Below, piece after piece: positions 8,288 through 15,979 of a stretch of DNA of 24,170 nt. The number at the start of each line of letters is the position of its first letter. Position 1 is the stretch's first letter. The stretch comes from a virus (taxonomy: Duplodnaviria; Caudoviricetes). A program made the position numbers and the translations under genes. Under the pieces are notes generated by a model. That model was not told where the DNA came from and ran no database searches. It was given only the letters and a program-made list of their open reading frames with translations. The DNA is taken from IMG/VR virus record IMGVR_UViG_3300035676_000047, positions 1-24,170 of that record. One strand, written 5' to 3'.

Positions 8288-8757
8288 TGTGCGAGCAGCA
8301 AATCAGTCAGGCCAAGCTCTGTCAAGCGTTTATTTTTGGCCTCAACGTAAGCTGCTCTGGCCTGCTCTGGCGTGTCAAAAAGACCGACAAAAATTTTTTT
8401 GCCGCACATTCCAATTTGGACTCTATATTTATTTGTTTTTTTATGTATGTGATACCCTTTGCCATTCAACGCAAAATCTACATTATTCATATTCATTTCT
8501 TTGTTAACCAAGCGCAAATTTTCCCTGCGATTATCTAATTTGTTTCGATTTATATGGTCAATCTGTAATTTGTTATCAATATTTCCGATTAAGTTCACTC
8601 TAGTCGCAACAATTTTATGAATCTTTCTTTCCTTAAATTTTCTGGTTCCGGTCAGTAGATATCCTTTGCTGTTGGTAGCCAAGGAATACTCCAAAAGGTC
8701 TACGTCTTCTGGCGAAACTAAAACTTCTGATGGATCGATTTTTCTTGATGTGTTCAT
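8284..8757 (-). CDS. HNH endonuclease with C-terminal AP2 DNA-binding domain
   Basis: HKIVA...IDHINRNKLDNRRENLR (HNH_3) followed by KGY...KYRVQI...K.IFVGLFDTPEQARAAY (AP2). Confidence 0.9.
   Translation of the reverse strand: MNTSRKIDPSEVLVSPEDVDLLEYSLATNSKGYLLTGTRKFKERKIHKIVATRVNLIGNIDNKLQIDHINRNKLDNRRENLRLVNKEMNMNNVDFALNGKGYHIHKKTNKYRVQIGMCGKKIFVGLFDTPEQARAAYVEAKNKRLTELGLTDLLLAQ
8297..8325 (-). promoter_or_regulatory. sigma70-like promoter TTGACA-N17-TTTGCT for uvsE
   Basis: Perfect -35 at 8320-8325, weak -10 at 8297-8302, 9 nt before ATG; lies within the HNH gene 3' end. Confidence 0.45.
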
Positions 8758-9242
8758 TTGCAGATTAAATCTTCAACTTTTAAATTGTAGCAGCTAGAAG
8801 GAAAAACGTATCTATCTCCGCGAGGATCGGGGTCAACTTCTCCACCGGCAAAAAACGTAGCCTTCTCGTAAAAATTTTCTTTCTTAATGTAGCCGAGAAT
8901 CCAGCCTCTGCTGTAGTCGCCAAAGATGCTGGTGAAAAGATAGTAATCGCATTTCTGTGCGGTATTGTAGTCCTTGACGGCACAGTTGTACCAAGGTTGG
9001 GGCACAACATTCCGCTCCTTGGCTTTTATTTCAAATAAAAATAACTTGGGGGAGATCCAATCAAAATCGTAGCTTTTGTTGGACATGATTCTGCCGCCCC
9101 AAGTCTTCTGAACCATAAGATCACTCAAAGCTGCGATCTTTTGCCCATGGCCGTTAGTGTCAGAATTTCTCAGCAAAGGTACTTGCGCCGCCCTCTCAAG
9201 GGCTTCGCTGACCATATCTTTACTTATTTGGACTTCGATCAT
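8754..9242 (-). CDS. PD-(D/E)xK-fold nuclease-like phage protein
   Basis: YDFD...FEIKAK, then CDYYLF...GWILGYI.K..F..KA; resembles a common phage restriction-endonuclease-like family. Confidence 0.6.
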   Translation of the reverse strand: MIEVQISKDMVSEALERAAQVPLLRNSDTNGHGQKIAALSDLMVQKTWGGRIMSNKSYDFDWISPKLFLFEIKAKERNVVPQPWYNCAVKDYNTAQKCDYYLFTSIFGDYSRGWILGYIKKENFYEKATFFAGGEVDPDPRGDRYVFPSSCYNLKVEDLICK

Positions 9243-9705
9243 TCGTTTTCAGCCTATAGATCGAATGCAGTTTGCCAAGATAATTCTGCGCCGTCACTCT
9301 ACTTTTATTTTCATATGAATTATTTGGGTTGTCGCCTTTCATGATCCAACCCCACCGATCTTTAGTTACTGCTCGGTGCAAAACTGGAATATCTTGGGTT
9401 GTCCATTCAGCCTTGTACATCACAATGTCGCCTTCTTCGATGCTATCATACGGTTGTTCAGAAGGAGGGATAATGATAACGTAGTCGTAATCTTGTACGG
9501 TTGGACGCATTGATCCTGTAGGCAAAACAAAAACTGGACGCCCTCCAGTTTGGAGCGACTTAGCTTGGAGGGCTAAAGCTAATTTTTGTTCGTTTTCAAA
9601 ATAAAAAACTTCGTATTCTGTCTTTTTTGGTCTATAAAAATAGACAAAAACTAACAGTGCGACTAAAGCGCATACCACTATCTTATTTATCAGATTCTTG
9701 TTCAT
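9220..9705 (-). CDS. S26 family signal peptidase (SipW/Sec11-type, Ser-His)
   Basis: N-terminal TM helix (IVVCALVALLVFVYFY), TGSMRPT, GDIVMY, VLHR, KGDN motifs; start moved to ATG 9705. Confidence 0.85.
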   Translation of the reverse strand: MNKNLINKIVVCALVALLVFVYFYRPKKTEYEVFYFENEQKLALALQAKSLQTGGRPVFVLPTGSMRPTVQDYDYVIIIPPSEQPYDSIEEGDIVMYKAEWTTQDIPVLHRAVTKDRWGWIMKGDNPNNSYENKSRVTAQNYLGKLHSIYRLKTNDRSPNK

Positions 9706-10351
9706 GATTGAACTGGTAGAAGTAGTCCCAATTATCTTCCGCTTCCCATTTGCTAGACCCTTCACAAGAAAATTCCTTATCAAAAACTTTCCAGTCTGGC
9801 TTCTTGTCGAATTTCTTTGAGATAAATGCGCCGCCGTCTTTCCACAATATTCTATTATTTGGCTGGAAAAACAGTTGGTTTACAGGCTCTCCATTGCTGG
9901 TTGACAGTCCCCATATCAGATGCCCACATTTGTGACCTCCTGCCATTTCAGAATAGCCGTATGGAGCATCTGGGTTGTCGTGCCAATCAACGGTAAACAA
10001 ATATTTGCCATTTACCCATTCACGATTCTTTAGCTGTACCTTGACCGCTGAATTTTTGTGGTACTCGTATCTTGTGACCGATAAAGAATTAGAATAGCAG
10101 TCCCAAAGCTGGAGCCAATCTAAGGGATAATTTTGGTGGACTGGATCATTTACAAGATAGTGAATGGGCACTCTGTCGTGACGAGAACCATACTCTGTCA
10201 TTATTTGAAAGGTTAGGCATCGTCTTGTTAAGCTTGTAATGCCAAGAACCTCGCACAGAACATAGTCTGTAGTTTTGTTCTGGTCGTTGTAAAGGAAGTC
10301 GCTTCTTAAATAAGCGGCAAAGACAGGTATATTTGCGTTAAGGTAAGGCAT
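9683..10351 (-). CDS. conserved phage hypothetical protein
   Basis: YLNANIP...LQLWDC...GKYLFTVDW...HKCGH...QPNNR pattern, recognised as a widespread aquatic-phage family of unknown function. Confidence 0.8.
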   Translation of the reverse strand: MPYLNANIPVFAAYLRSDFLYNDQNKTTDYVLCEVLGITSLTRRCLTFQIMTEYGSRHDRVPIHYLVNDPVHQNYPLDWLQLWDCYSNSLSVTRYEYHKNSAVKVQLKNREWVNGKYLFTVDWHDNPDAPYGYSEMAGGHKCGHLIWGLSTSNGEPVNQLFFQPNNRILWKDGGAFISKKFDKKPDWKVFDKEFSCEGSSKWEAEDNWDYFYQFNHEQESDK

Positions 10352-10548
10352 TATTGTTCGTCGTAATAATCGTAGTAGCGATCAAGCTGCTCTTTGGCTG
10401 AAGCCTTGCGCTTTTTTTCTGAATGGAATCTATTGCCCTCGCACCAAGAGCAGCTTCCATGATTTCGGCAAGACGTATCAAAAGCTTTGGAGCCCCAATA
10501 TGCCTTACGCTTTTCTTTATTGTGCTTTATTGCTTTTTCGAGAGACAT
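10351..10548 (-). CDS. small basic phage protein with CRNHGSCSWC motif
   Basis: 65 aa; TAATG coupling to the next gene; probable Zn-binding C-x2-H-x2-C-x2-C. Confidence 0.75.
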   Translation of the reverse strand: MSLEKAIKHNKEKRKAYWGSKAFDTSCRNHGSCSWCEGNRFHSEKKRKASAKEQLDRYYDYYDEQ

Positions 10549-11431
10549 AATAATTTATTATCCTTTCTGAAATTGTTTCTGGGCTTGGAATACAGCGGAA
10601 ATTTATATTTAATGGGCAAGTTTGAACTCTGAACTGGCTTAAACCATTCGGTGTTACATAATATTTTAAATTACCAAGGCATTTTTCAAGGCATCTTCCT
10701 TCTATCACTGATAATTTATAATCATAAGAATTGTTTCTATAGGGCTTGTGCCACTGGTTTTCGAAATAAGAATTAATCAAAAATATCTGAGCGTCCGTTG
10801 TTCCAGCCAGAACATACATTCCTGTGTCGAATGTCAAGTAGCAAGCTGAATCATTCATTAGATGCCAAGATTCACTGATTGAGTCAATGGCGCCTCGTAA
10901 ATTTAATCCATTATTTATTTGGAGATCGTAAGTATGCTGTGTCGGACCTTCAATAACAACAGGAATATCTTTTTTATTTAAGCTATCTACGATTTTTTGC
11001 CAGCCTTCTTGCCCTAAGTCTCTATCTACCCCTCGCTTTGAAGCGTTAATCAAAACATAATCTTTGGGCAACTCTCTTTTAATGGGCTTTTCCCGAAAGA
11101 AGAAAATCTGCTCTTCTTCTGGTAGAAGAGAAAACCCGCATTTATTTGCGATATACTGCTTAATGTTTATGCCAAACCAGAATGGATTTGCCCCATTAAG
11201 GGGGCGAAAGCAAAACGGATTACCTGTTTGAGAAGAAAAGTCAAAATCCTTTAGCGAAAAGATATCGCCAACATAAGGATTATGTTTAAATAACTGTGGG
11301 TGCTGAGTGACAATACTGATTTTTTGTTTAAAAGTTAAACTAAGCCTTTTTACTGTAGGCAAAAACCAAATAGTGTCACCCAGCCCAAACCAGTTAGGTT
11401 CTGTTGACAGAACGACTTTTCTTTCTAGCAT
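10517..11431 (-). CDS. glycosyltransferase family 9-like (ADP-heptose:LPS heptosyltransferase fold)
   Basis: GLGDT...P, LFKHNPYV, W..IVD.L, and LTFDTGMYVLAG (cf. DSGxxHLA) motifs. Confidence 0.75.
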   Translation of the reverse strand: MLERKVVLSTEPNWFGLGDTIWFLPTVKRLSLTFKQKISIVTQHPQLFKHNPYVGDIFSLKDFDFSSQTGNPFCFRPLNGANPFWFGINIKQYIANKCGFSLLPEEEQIFFFREKPIKRELPKDYVLINASKRGVDRDLGQEGWQKIVDSLNKKDIPVVIEGPTQHTYDLQINNGLNLRGAIDSISESWHLMNDSACYLTFDTGMYVLAGTTDAQIFLINSYFENQWHKPYRNNSYDYKLSVIEGRCLEKCLGNLKYYVTPNGLSQFRVQTCPLNINFRCIPSPETISERIINYYVSRKSNKAQ

Positions 11432-12062
11432 TGGTGCGCTTTTCTTGCTTTAGCTTATCCTTGGCGTACTTTTCCATTCCTTCCACGGTCATCACATCAA
11501 GCTTTGTTGTGATGTGCTCATAGAATTCTGGAAAGTTATCTCGCATCAACTTTAGATTAATAATAGTCGAACTTGCAGATGGGCGATTAAAAGAATTATA
11601 AAGAGTCTTGATGGCATCTTGATCCCCCTCCATTACCAGCGAGCGTAGATTAGGACTGAGGAAAAACGCTACCATACAATCAAGCAGGCTTTTCGCCATC
11701 AAAGTTGTGGTAGTAGTGAAGTTATCTTGACTGACAAAAAATGTCTTTATTGGGATATTCCAAACAGACATTATCTCATCTCCATAGCAGATCTTAACGA
11801 TAAGACCTTTCTCTTTAAGCTCTGACCAAATAACGTCTCCTAGACAGCTATGACAAACCTCAAAAAAGTTCGAAACCTTTTTCTGAAACTCTTCGGGCGT
11901 AGAAGACTCGTCTTCTGAAGTGGCGATTTTTTGAGTTAGCTGAACGATAACTTTTTTGAAGTTTTTGCGAGTGATTTTCTTACCAACAAAATCTTCGACA
12001 TCGGTTTTAATTTTTGACAGTTCAGAGAATACTTTCTCTTCCTGTTCTTTTTTTGTCATCAT
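11394..12062 (-). CDS. hypothetical protein (helical)
   Basis: 222 aa ORF with ATGA coupling to the upstream gene. Confidence 0.75.
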   Translation of the reverse strand: MMTKKEQEEKVFSELSKIKTDVEDFVGKKITRKNFKKVIVQLTQKIATSEDESSTPEEFQKKVSNFFEVCHSCLGDVIWSELKEKGLIVKICYGDEIMSVWNIPIKTFFVSQDNFTTTTTLMAKSLLDCMVAFFLSPNLRSLVMEGDQDAIKTLYNSFNRPSASSTIINLKLMRDNFPEFYEHITTKLDVMTVEGMEKYAKDKLKQEKRTNARKKSRSVNRT

Positions 12063-12331
12063 GATTGGGCGTAGGTTAGATTGTCCAATTCAGTTTGAGT
12101 GATTTTTAGAACCCAGCCTTGGATATTTGTCCAATATTCAATGCATGGATCAAAAAGATCTTTTTGTTTAGTCTCAACAGAAAATGGCTCGTCTTTGTAA
12201 AGAGTGATGGTCTGATAAGGAAGTCCAAGCTTTGGGTTATCAGCGAGGACTGAGAAAGTCGAAGTTGGCTTATAGTACTTTATCATTTGTGGAGAATAGT
12301 TCAATTGCGCCTTGGAAAAGATAGGAGTCAT
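12059..12331 (-). CDS. hypothetical protein (alternative start 12286)
   Basis: ORF tiles in the operon; start uncertain because of overlap. Confidence 0.6.
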   Translation of the reverse strand: MTPIFSKAQLNYSPQMIKYYKPTSTFSVLADNPKLGLPYQTITLYKDEPFSVETKQKDLFDPCIEYWTNIQGWVLKITQTELDNLTYAQS

Positions 12332-12563
12332 AAGTCCAATAGTTATGGTTCATCCAGCCAGAAATGACAAGGCAATACTCCTTGAAAACATTTCCCTGCT
12401 GTTCAACAAGAAGGCAAGTATTTTTTAGTTCGCCTTCCAGAATATTAACATATAAATATGGATTTTTATCTGAAATAACATCAACCAAATAAGTCGATGT
12501 CAAGCTGATTCCAATTTTTTGAGCAGAAATATTTGGAATAACGAAACGAGCTTTGTATTTCAT
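12270..12563 (-). CDS. hypothetical protein
   Basis: 97 aa ORF with ATGA coupling to the glucosyltransferase gene. Confidence 0.65.
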   Translation of the reverse strand: MKYKARFVIPNISAQKIGISLTSTYLVDVISDKNPYLYVNILEGELKNTCLLVEQQGNVFKEYCLVISGWMNHNYWTYDSYLFQGAIELFSTNDKVL

Positions 12564-13558
12564 GTTACGTTTAAGAACTTTTTGATTTGCGAGACAGCTT
12601 CATTCTTTTCTTCCACAGCCTTATCAAAGAAAAGCTGCTGATACATAAGATTGGTTTGAAAAGCTAATGAATCTGCGTAGGTAACTAAGCCATGTTTAAG
12701 TTTATGGTTGGTGATGATTAGGTTGTCTGGGATCTTGTAGCCGCATTTCTGGATCGTATTAGCGCAGTCGGCATCGAACAGCATCACAACATCAGACATC
12801 AAAGCCTCATAGAAGCGGTTGGCAAGAAAAGCATAGTTGGTATGAGTGTGCTCGTCTTCCATATAAATAGAATATTTAAACTTGCGGAGGTCTTCATTAT
12901 TCTTTTGCCATTCAAGTTTTGGCATATAGTTACAATCGCAACCAAGAGCTTGGAACTTTTTCCAGTTCTTGCTGGAGGCTGAGAGGAAAACGCCTTTCGT
13001 CAAGAACTTCTTAAAAGACTCTGCCCGCCACTTACGGTAAGTTCCGTAATAGATAACACCAGTCTTTTCCGAGTGGTTTACTGGGGTTCTGTCTGGATCA
13101 ATAATCAAAGAGTTTAGATTAACCGTGAGCCACTTGTGGATAAAGTCATTAAGTTTTCTATTTGCGATATTCTTGTTCAAGATCCAATGGCGATATCCTT
13201 CTCTTGGATTGTTGCAGATCATATCGTAAACTAAGCCCATATTGACTACGCCCCAGCGCAAAAGCTGATTGTCTTCAACGTCATGATCGTTTACGAGCCA
13301 AACATAACGCGCCTTTGGGTTTTTCTCAAGAATTTGCCTGTAAGGTACGTGAGGCATATAGGGCGAAGCATAGGCGCAAATGATCACATCGTATTGCTTG
13401 GCAAGCACTTGTGGCAGCGCATATTCGCCGTCAAGAAGGTCTGCACCAAGAGCGTGCTTTAGGATAAGGCTATTACGGCAGTGAACAATAGAGGTATCAC
13501 TGTAATCTTCGGCAAGGGGCTTGCGTTTGCTTGTAGCTTCGATAATTAAAATATTCAT
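12560..13558 (-). CDS. GT-B glycosyltransferase resembling T4 DNA beta-glucosyltransferase
   Basis: GVIYYGTYRKWRAESFKKFL and NYAFLANRFYEALMSDVVMLFDAD parallel T4 BGT segments as I recall them (DVIYGGSFRSGQRESKMVEFL; NFITLRVWETMASDAVMLIDEE); YVWLVND parallels IYYLFTD with the catalytic Asp; similar length. Confidence 0.72.
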   Translation of the reverse strand: MNILIIEATSKRKPLAEDYSDTSIVHCRNSLILKHALGADLLDGEYALPQVLAKQYDVIICAYASPYMPHVPYRQILEKNPKARYVWLVNDHDVEDNQLLRWGVVNMGLVYDMICNNPREGYRHWILNKNIANRKLNDFIHKWLTVNLNSLIIDPDRTPVNHSEKTGVIYYGTYRKWRAESFKKFLTKGVFLSASSKNWKKFQALGCDCNYMPKLEWQKNNEDLRKFKYSIYMEDEHTHTNYAFLANRFYEALMSDVVMLFDADCANTIQKCGYKIPDNLIITNHKLKHGLVTYADSLAFQTNLMYQQLFFDKAVEEKNEAVSQIKKFLNVT

Positions 13559-13929
13559 GCTTTACAAAAGTTTCCTTGCTCGTTGGTATAGTATATTTCT
13601 TTGAAGTCAACATCTTTCAATAGCTTTTGGCAGTGTTTGCAAGGTTTCCCCATTGCCAAATTGTCGTTCCTGTCGATTCGAAAAGTAACTAAAGTATTTC
13701 TGGTGTGATCAACTTTACCCGATTTAATGATCGCACAAGCTTCTGCGTGAAGTCCACTCCCATCAAAGTAACCATACTTTTGGTTAATTGGGTGCGACTT
13801 CTTAGAGTTCTTGCCAATCGAAACAATTTTGTTTTTGTTTAAGATGAATGCGAAGTGACGGCAACGCAAGTCAACCCCATCATAGATGATTAGGCTTCTG
13901 GCTATCTGAACCAATCTTTCAAACCTCAT
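13555..13929 (-). CDS. Zn-dependent cytidine/deoxycytidylate deaminase superfamily protein
   Basis: HAE...KPCKHC catalytic motif; RHFAFIL...IVSIGKN; IYYT C-terminal strand. Confidence 0.88.
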   Translation of the reverse strand: MRFERLVQIARSLIIYDGVDLRCRHFAFILNKNKIVSIGKNSKKSHPINQKYGYFDGSGLHAEACAIIKSGKVDHTRNTLVTFRIDRNDNLAMGKPCKHCQKLLKDVDFKEIYYTNEQGNFCKA

Positions 13930-13960
13930 TCCCTATGGGAATACGCTTTCCCAAAACTTG

Positions 13961-14443
13961 TCAAGCCTTTTTGAACTTCAATTTGAGAAAAGAGTCGTTA
14001 TCTTCCATAACTTCCGTAAAGCCATAGGTTTTTAACAATTTTAAAAAGGCGTTTAGGCGCTTTCTCTTTTTAAATACATTAACATAAATCTCTGGATACT
14101 TAGACTCCGCAAAGACGCCATAAACTGAACCTGTAATCTCTTGGCTTTGGTAAACGTTAGGGTCAGAAAAGACATAGCTCAACTCGGCAGATAGGCTGGT
14201 AATTTGCCTAAAGATCAAGACGCAAAAAATGGTTCCATTAGGAGCCACGTAAACAATAGAGTTTTTTGAGTTGTTTTGGATATTGACCGCGATCTCCTTA
14301 AAAAACATAGAAGGGGATACGGTAGAAGTGATTCCGAATGCCCCTTGGGCCTTTACGGCAAGCCTAAGAACTTCTGGGAGGTCATTCGTTCTTAATGGGC
14401 GAATCTCAAAGGATTCTATTTTTATTTGGTTTTTAGTACCCAT
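13961..14443 (-). CDS. GNAT-fold acetyltransferase-like protein
   Basis: FEIRPLRTNDLPEVLRL N-terminus, AELSYVFSDP strand, LLKTYGF C-terminal motif; acetyl-CoA loop degenerate. Confidence 0.55.
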   Translation of the reverse strand: MGTKNQIKIESFEIRPLRTNDLPEVLRLAVKAQGAFGITSTVSPSMFFKEIAVNIQNNSKNSIVYVAPNGTIFCVLIFRQITSLSAELSYVFSDPNVYQSQEITGSVYGVFAESKYPEIYVNVFKKRKRLNAFLKLLKTYGFTEVMEDNDSFLKLKFKKA

Positions 14444-14445
14444 AA

Positions 14446-14460
14446 GTGTAATATAATCTA
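14446..14460 (+). promoter_or_regulatory. putative late promoter GTGTAATATAAT of the tail operon
   Basis: In the 30-bp divergent gap between the GNAT gene and gpL; shares GTGTAA with 1080 and 2393. Confidence 0.5.
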
Positions 14461-14473
14461 AAGGTAAAAGGAA

Positions 14474-15979
14474 ATGTCAAGGCAGTCTAATCAAAAAGTC
14501 AATGCGGAGCTTTTCTCGCTAGAGCCAACAGCTTTGTTGGAGTTCTTCGTCATTTATTATGATTACGTTAATCAGCCTGATGAGAAACTTTACATTCACG
14601 GCGGAACTAATGGAATACAGGGTTCGATTTATTGGCAAGGTCAAGAGTATTCCCCGTTCCCAATTCAAAGCTCAGGATTTGAAAGCAAAGGTGATGGCAG
14701 TTTGCCCAGACCAAAGCTGATGGTATCAAATCAAGATTTTTTTATATCCAATTTACTAAGAAGGCACAGCAATCTTATTGGCGCTAAGGTAGTTAGAAAA
14801 AGAACCTTCTTAAAGTTTTTAGATAATCAGAACTTCTCTGAGAGCAAAAACCCCTATGGTTCTGCGGATTCTACAGCAGGATTAGAAGATCAAGTATTTT
14901 TCATTCTCAGAAAATCTGCGGAAACTAGATCTATAGTAGAGTTTGAGTTGGCTTCACCACTTGAATTGGAGAATGTTAACTTTCCCAAAAGAATCGTAAT
15001 GTCTCGTTACTGTTCTTTCCATTATCGCGGGCTTGGCTGTAGATACTCTGGCCCTCCTGTTGCGGATGAAAACGATGTTCTGATCTCTTCGCCAGTTGAT
15101 TTGAGAAGCGGCTTGATTAGAAGAAAATATACCAATGACGGTTCTGCGCCATCTAGTGCGGATAACTTCACAACAAAGTTAGCAGCATCTACATTTGTTT
15201 CAGAAACCGTTACCGCAAACGCGACCGTAGATAATGAAACATCAAAGAGCTATGAATTTCTCGGTTATTTTAGAGTTGATCGTGGAGAAGCTGGAAGATA
15301 TTTTCTCGGCGTTGATCCAGATGACGCTGCCGATATTTTATTAAACGGAAGAGTTGTTGCTAGCAGCTATTCTGGAGGCAATCAAAATGGATCTGCCCCA
15401 AAAGGAACTCAAGTAATTCAAGAATGGCTGCAAGAAGGTAATCATAGAATTTTAATTCGTTTCTGTGCCGCTGCAACATCTCCTCAAGGTTTAGGTTTAT
15501 ATTACAAAACTCCTGGTTCTGATACTTGGGTCGCCATCCCAGCATCAAGATTTTACTACGATATTGATGAAACAGGTAAAATGACAACTGCTCAAAGATT
15601 TAGCACAGCCGTATCTTTATTTAAAAATACTGCATTAGATGGCTACTCTTTGTTTGATTTTGGCTCGGGAGACAGAGCTAAATGGAAAATGAAAACACAG
15701 TATAGAGTTGGCGACTTTGTTTATTTGGAAAATTTTAATATCAAGGTTCCAAAGCAAGATATCAATGCTATTCCAAATTGGGAGCCGCTCTATAAAGTTT
15801 ACGTTTGCGTCAAAGACCACACAAGTTCTTCCAATAACCATCCATTTTTTAATAAAGTTTATTGGCTGGCAGATCAGTGCTCAAAAACATTAACTGGATG
15901 CTCGTTTAGATTTGGTGGGCAAAGCTCATTGCCTTTTGGTGGCTTTCCGGGAACAGAAGAATACTCAATCAATCAATGA
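14474..15979 (+). CDS. lambda gpL-like minor tail protein with inserted PA14 and CBM-like domains
   Basis: IYWQGQEYSPFPIQSSGFE..GDGSLPRPKL.VSN, GAKVVRKRTFLKFLD..NF, VEFELASPLE, CSFHYRG..C, DQCSKTLTGC..RF, LPFGGFPG. Confidence 0.92.
   Translation: MSRQSNQKVNAELFSLEPTALLEFFVIYYDYVNQPDEKLYIHGGTNGIQGSIYWQGQEYSPFPIQSSGFESKGDGSLPRPKLMVSNQDFFISNLLRRHSNLIGAKVVRKRTFLKFLDNQNFSESKNPYGSADSTAGLEDQVFFILRKSAETRSIVEFELASPLELENVNFPKRIVMSRYCSFHYRGLGCRYSGPPVADENDVLISSPVDLRSGLIRRKYTNDGSAPSSADNFTTKLAASTFVSETVTANATVDNETSKSYEFLGYFRVDRGEAGRYFLGVDPDDAADILLNGRVVASSYSGGNQNGSAPKGTQVIQEWLQEGNHRILIRFCAAATSPQGLGLYYKTPGSDTWVAIPASRFYYDIDETGKMTTAQRFSTAVSLFKNTALDGYSLFDFGSGDRAKWKMKTQYRVGDFVYLENFNIKVPKQDINAIPNWEPLYKVYVCVKDHTSSSNNHPFFNKVYWLADQCSKTLTGCSFRFGGQSSLPFGGFPGTEEYSINQ

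Noticed and set aside
2954-8538. Long plus-strand ORFs opposite rIIA, rIIB and uvsE (e.g. 6196-6843, 5674-6171, 5104-5589)
   Set aside because: Antisense shadows of well-supported genes with biased codon use; no recognisable motifs.
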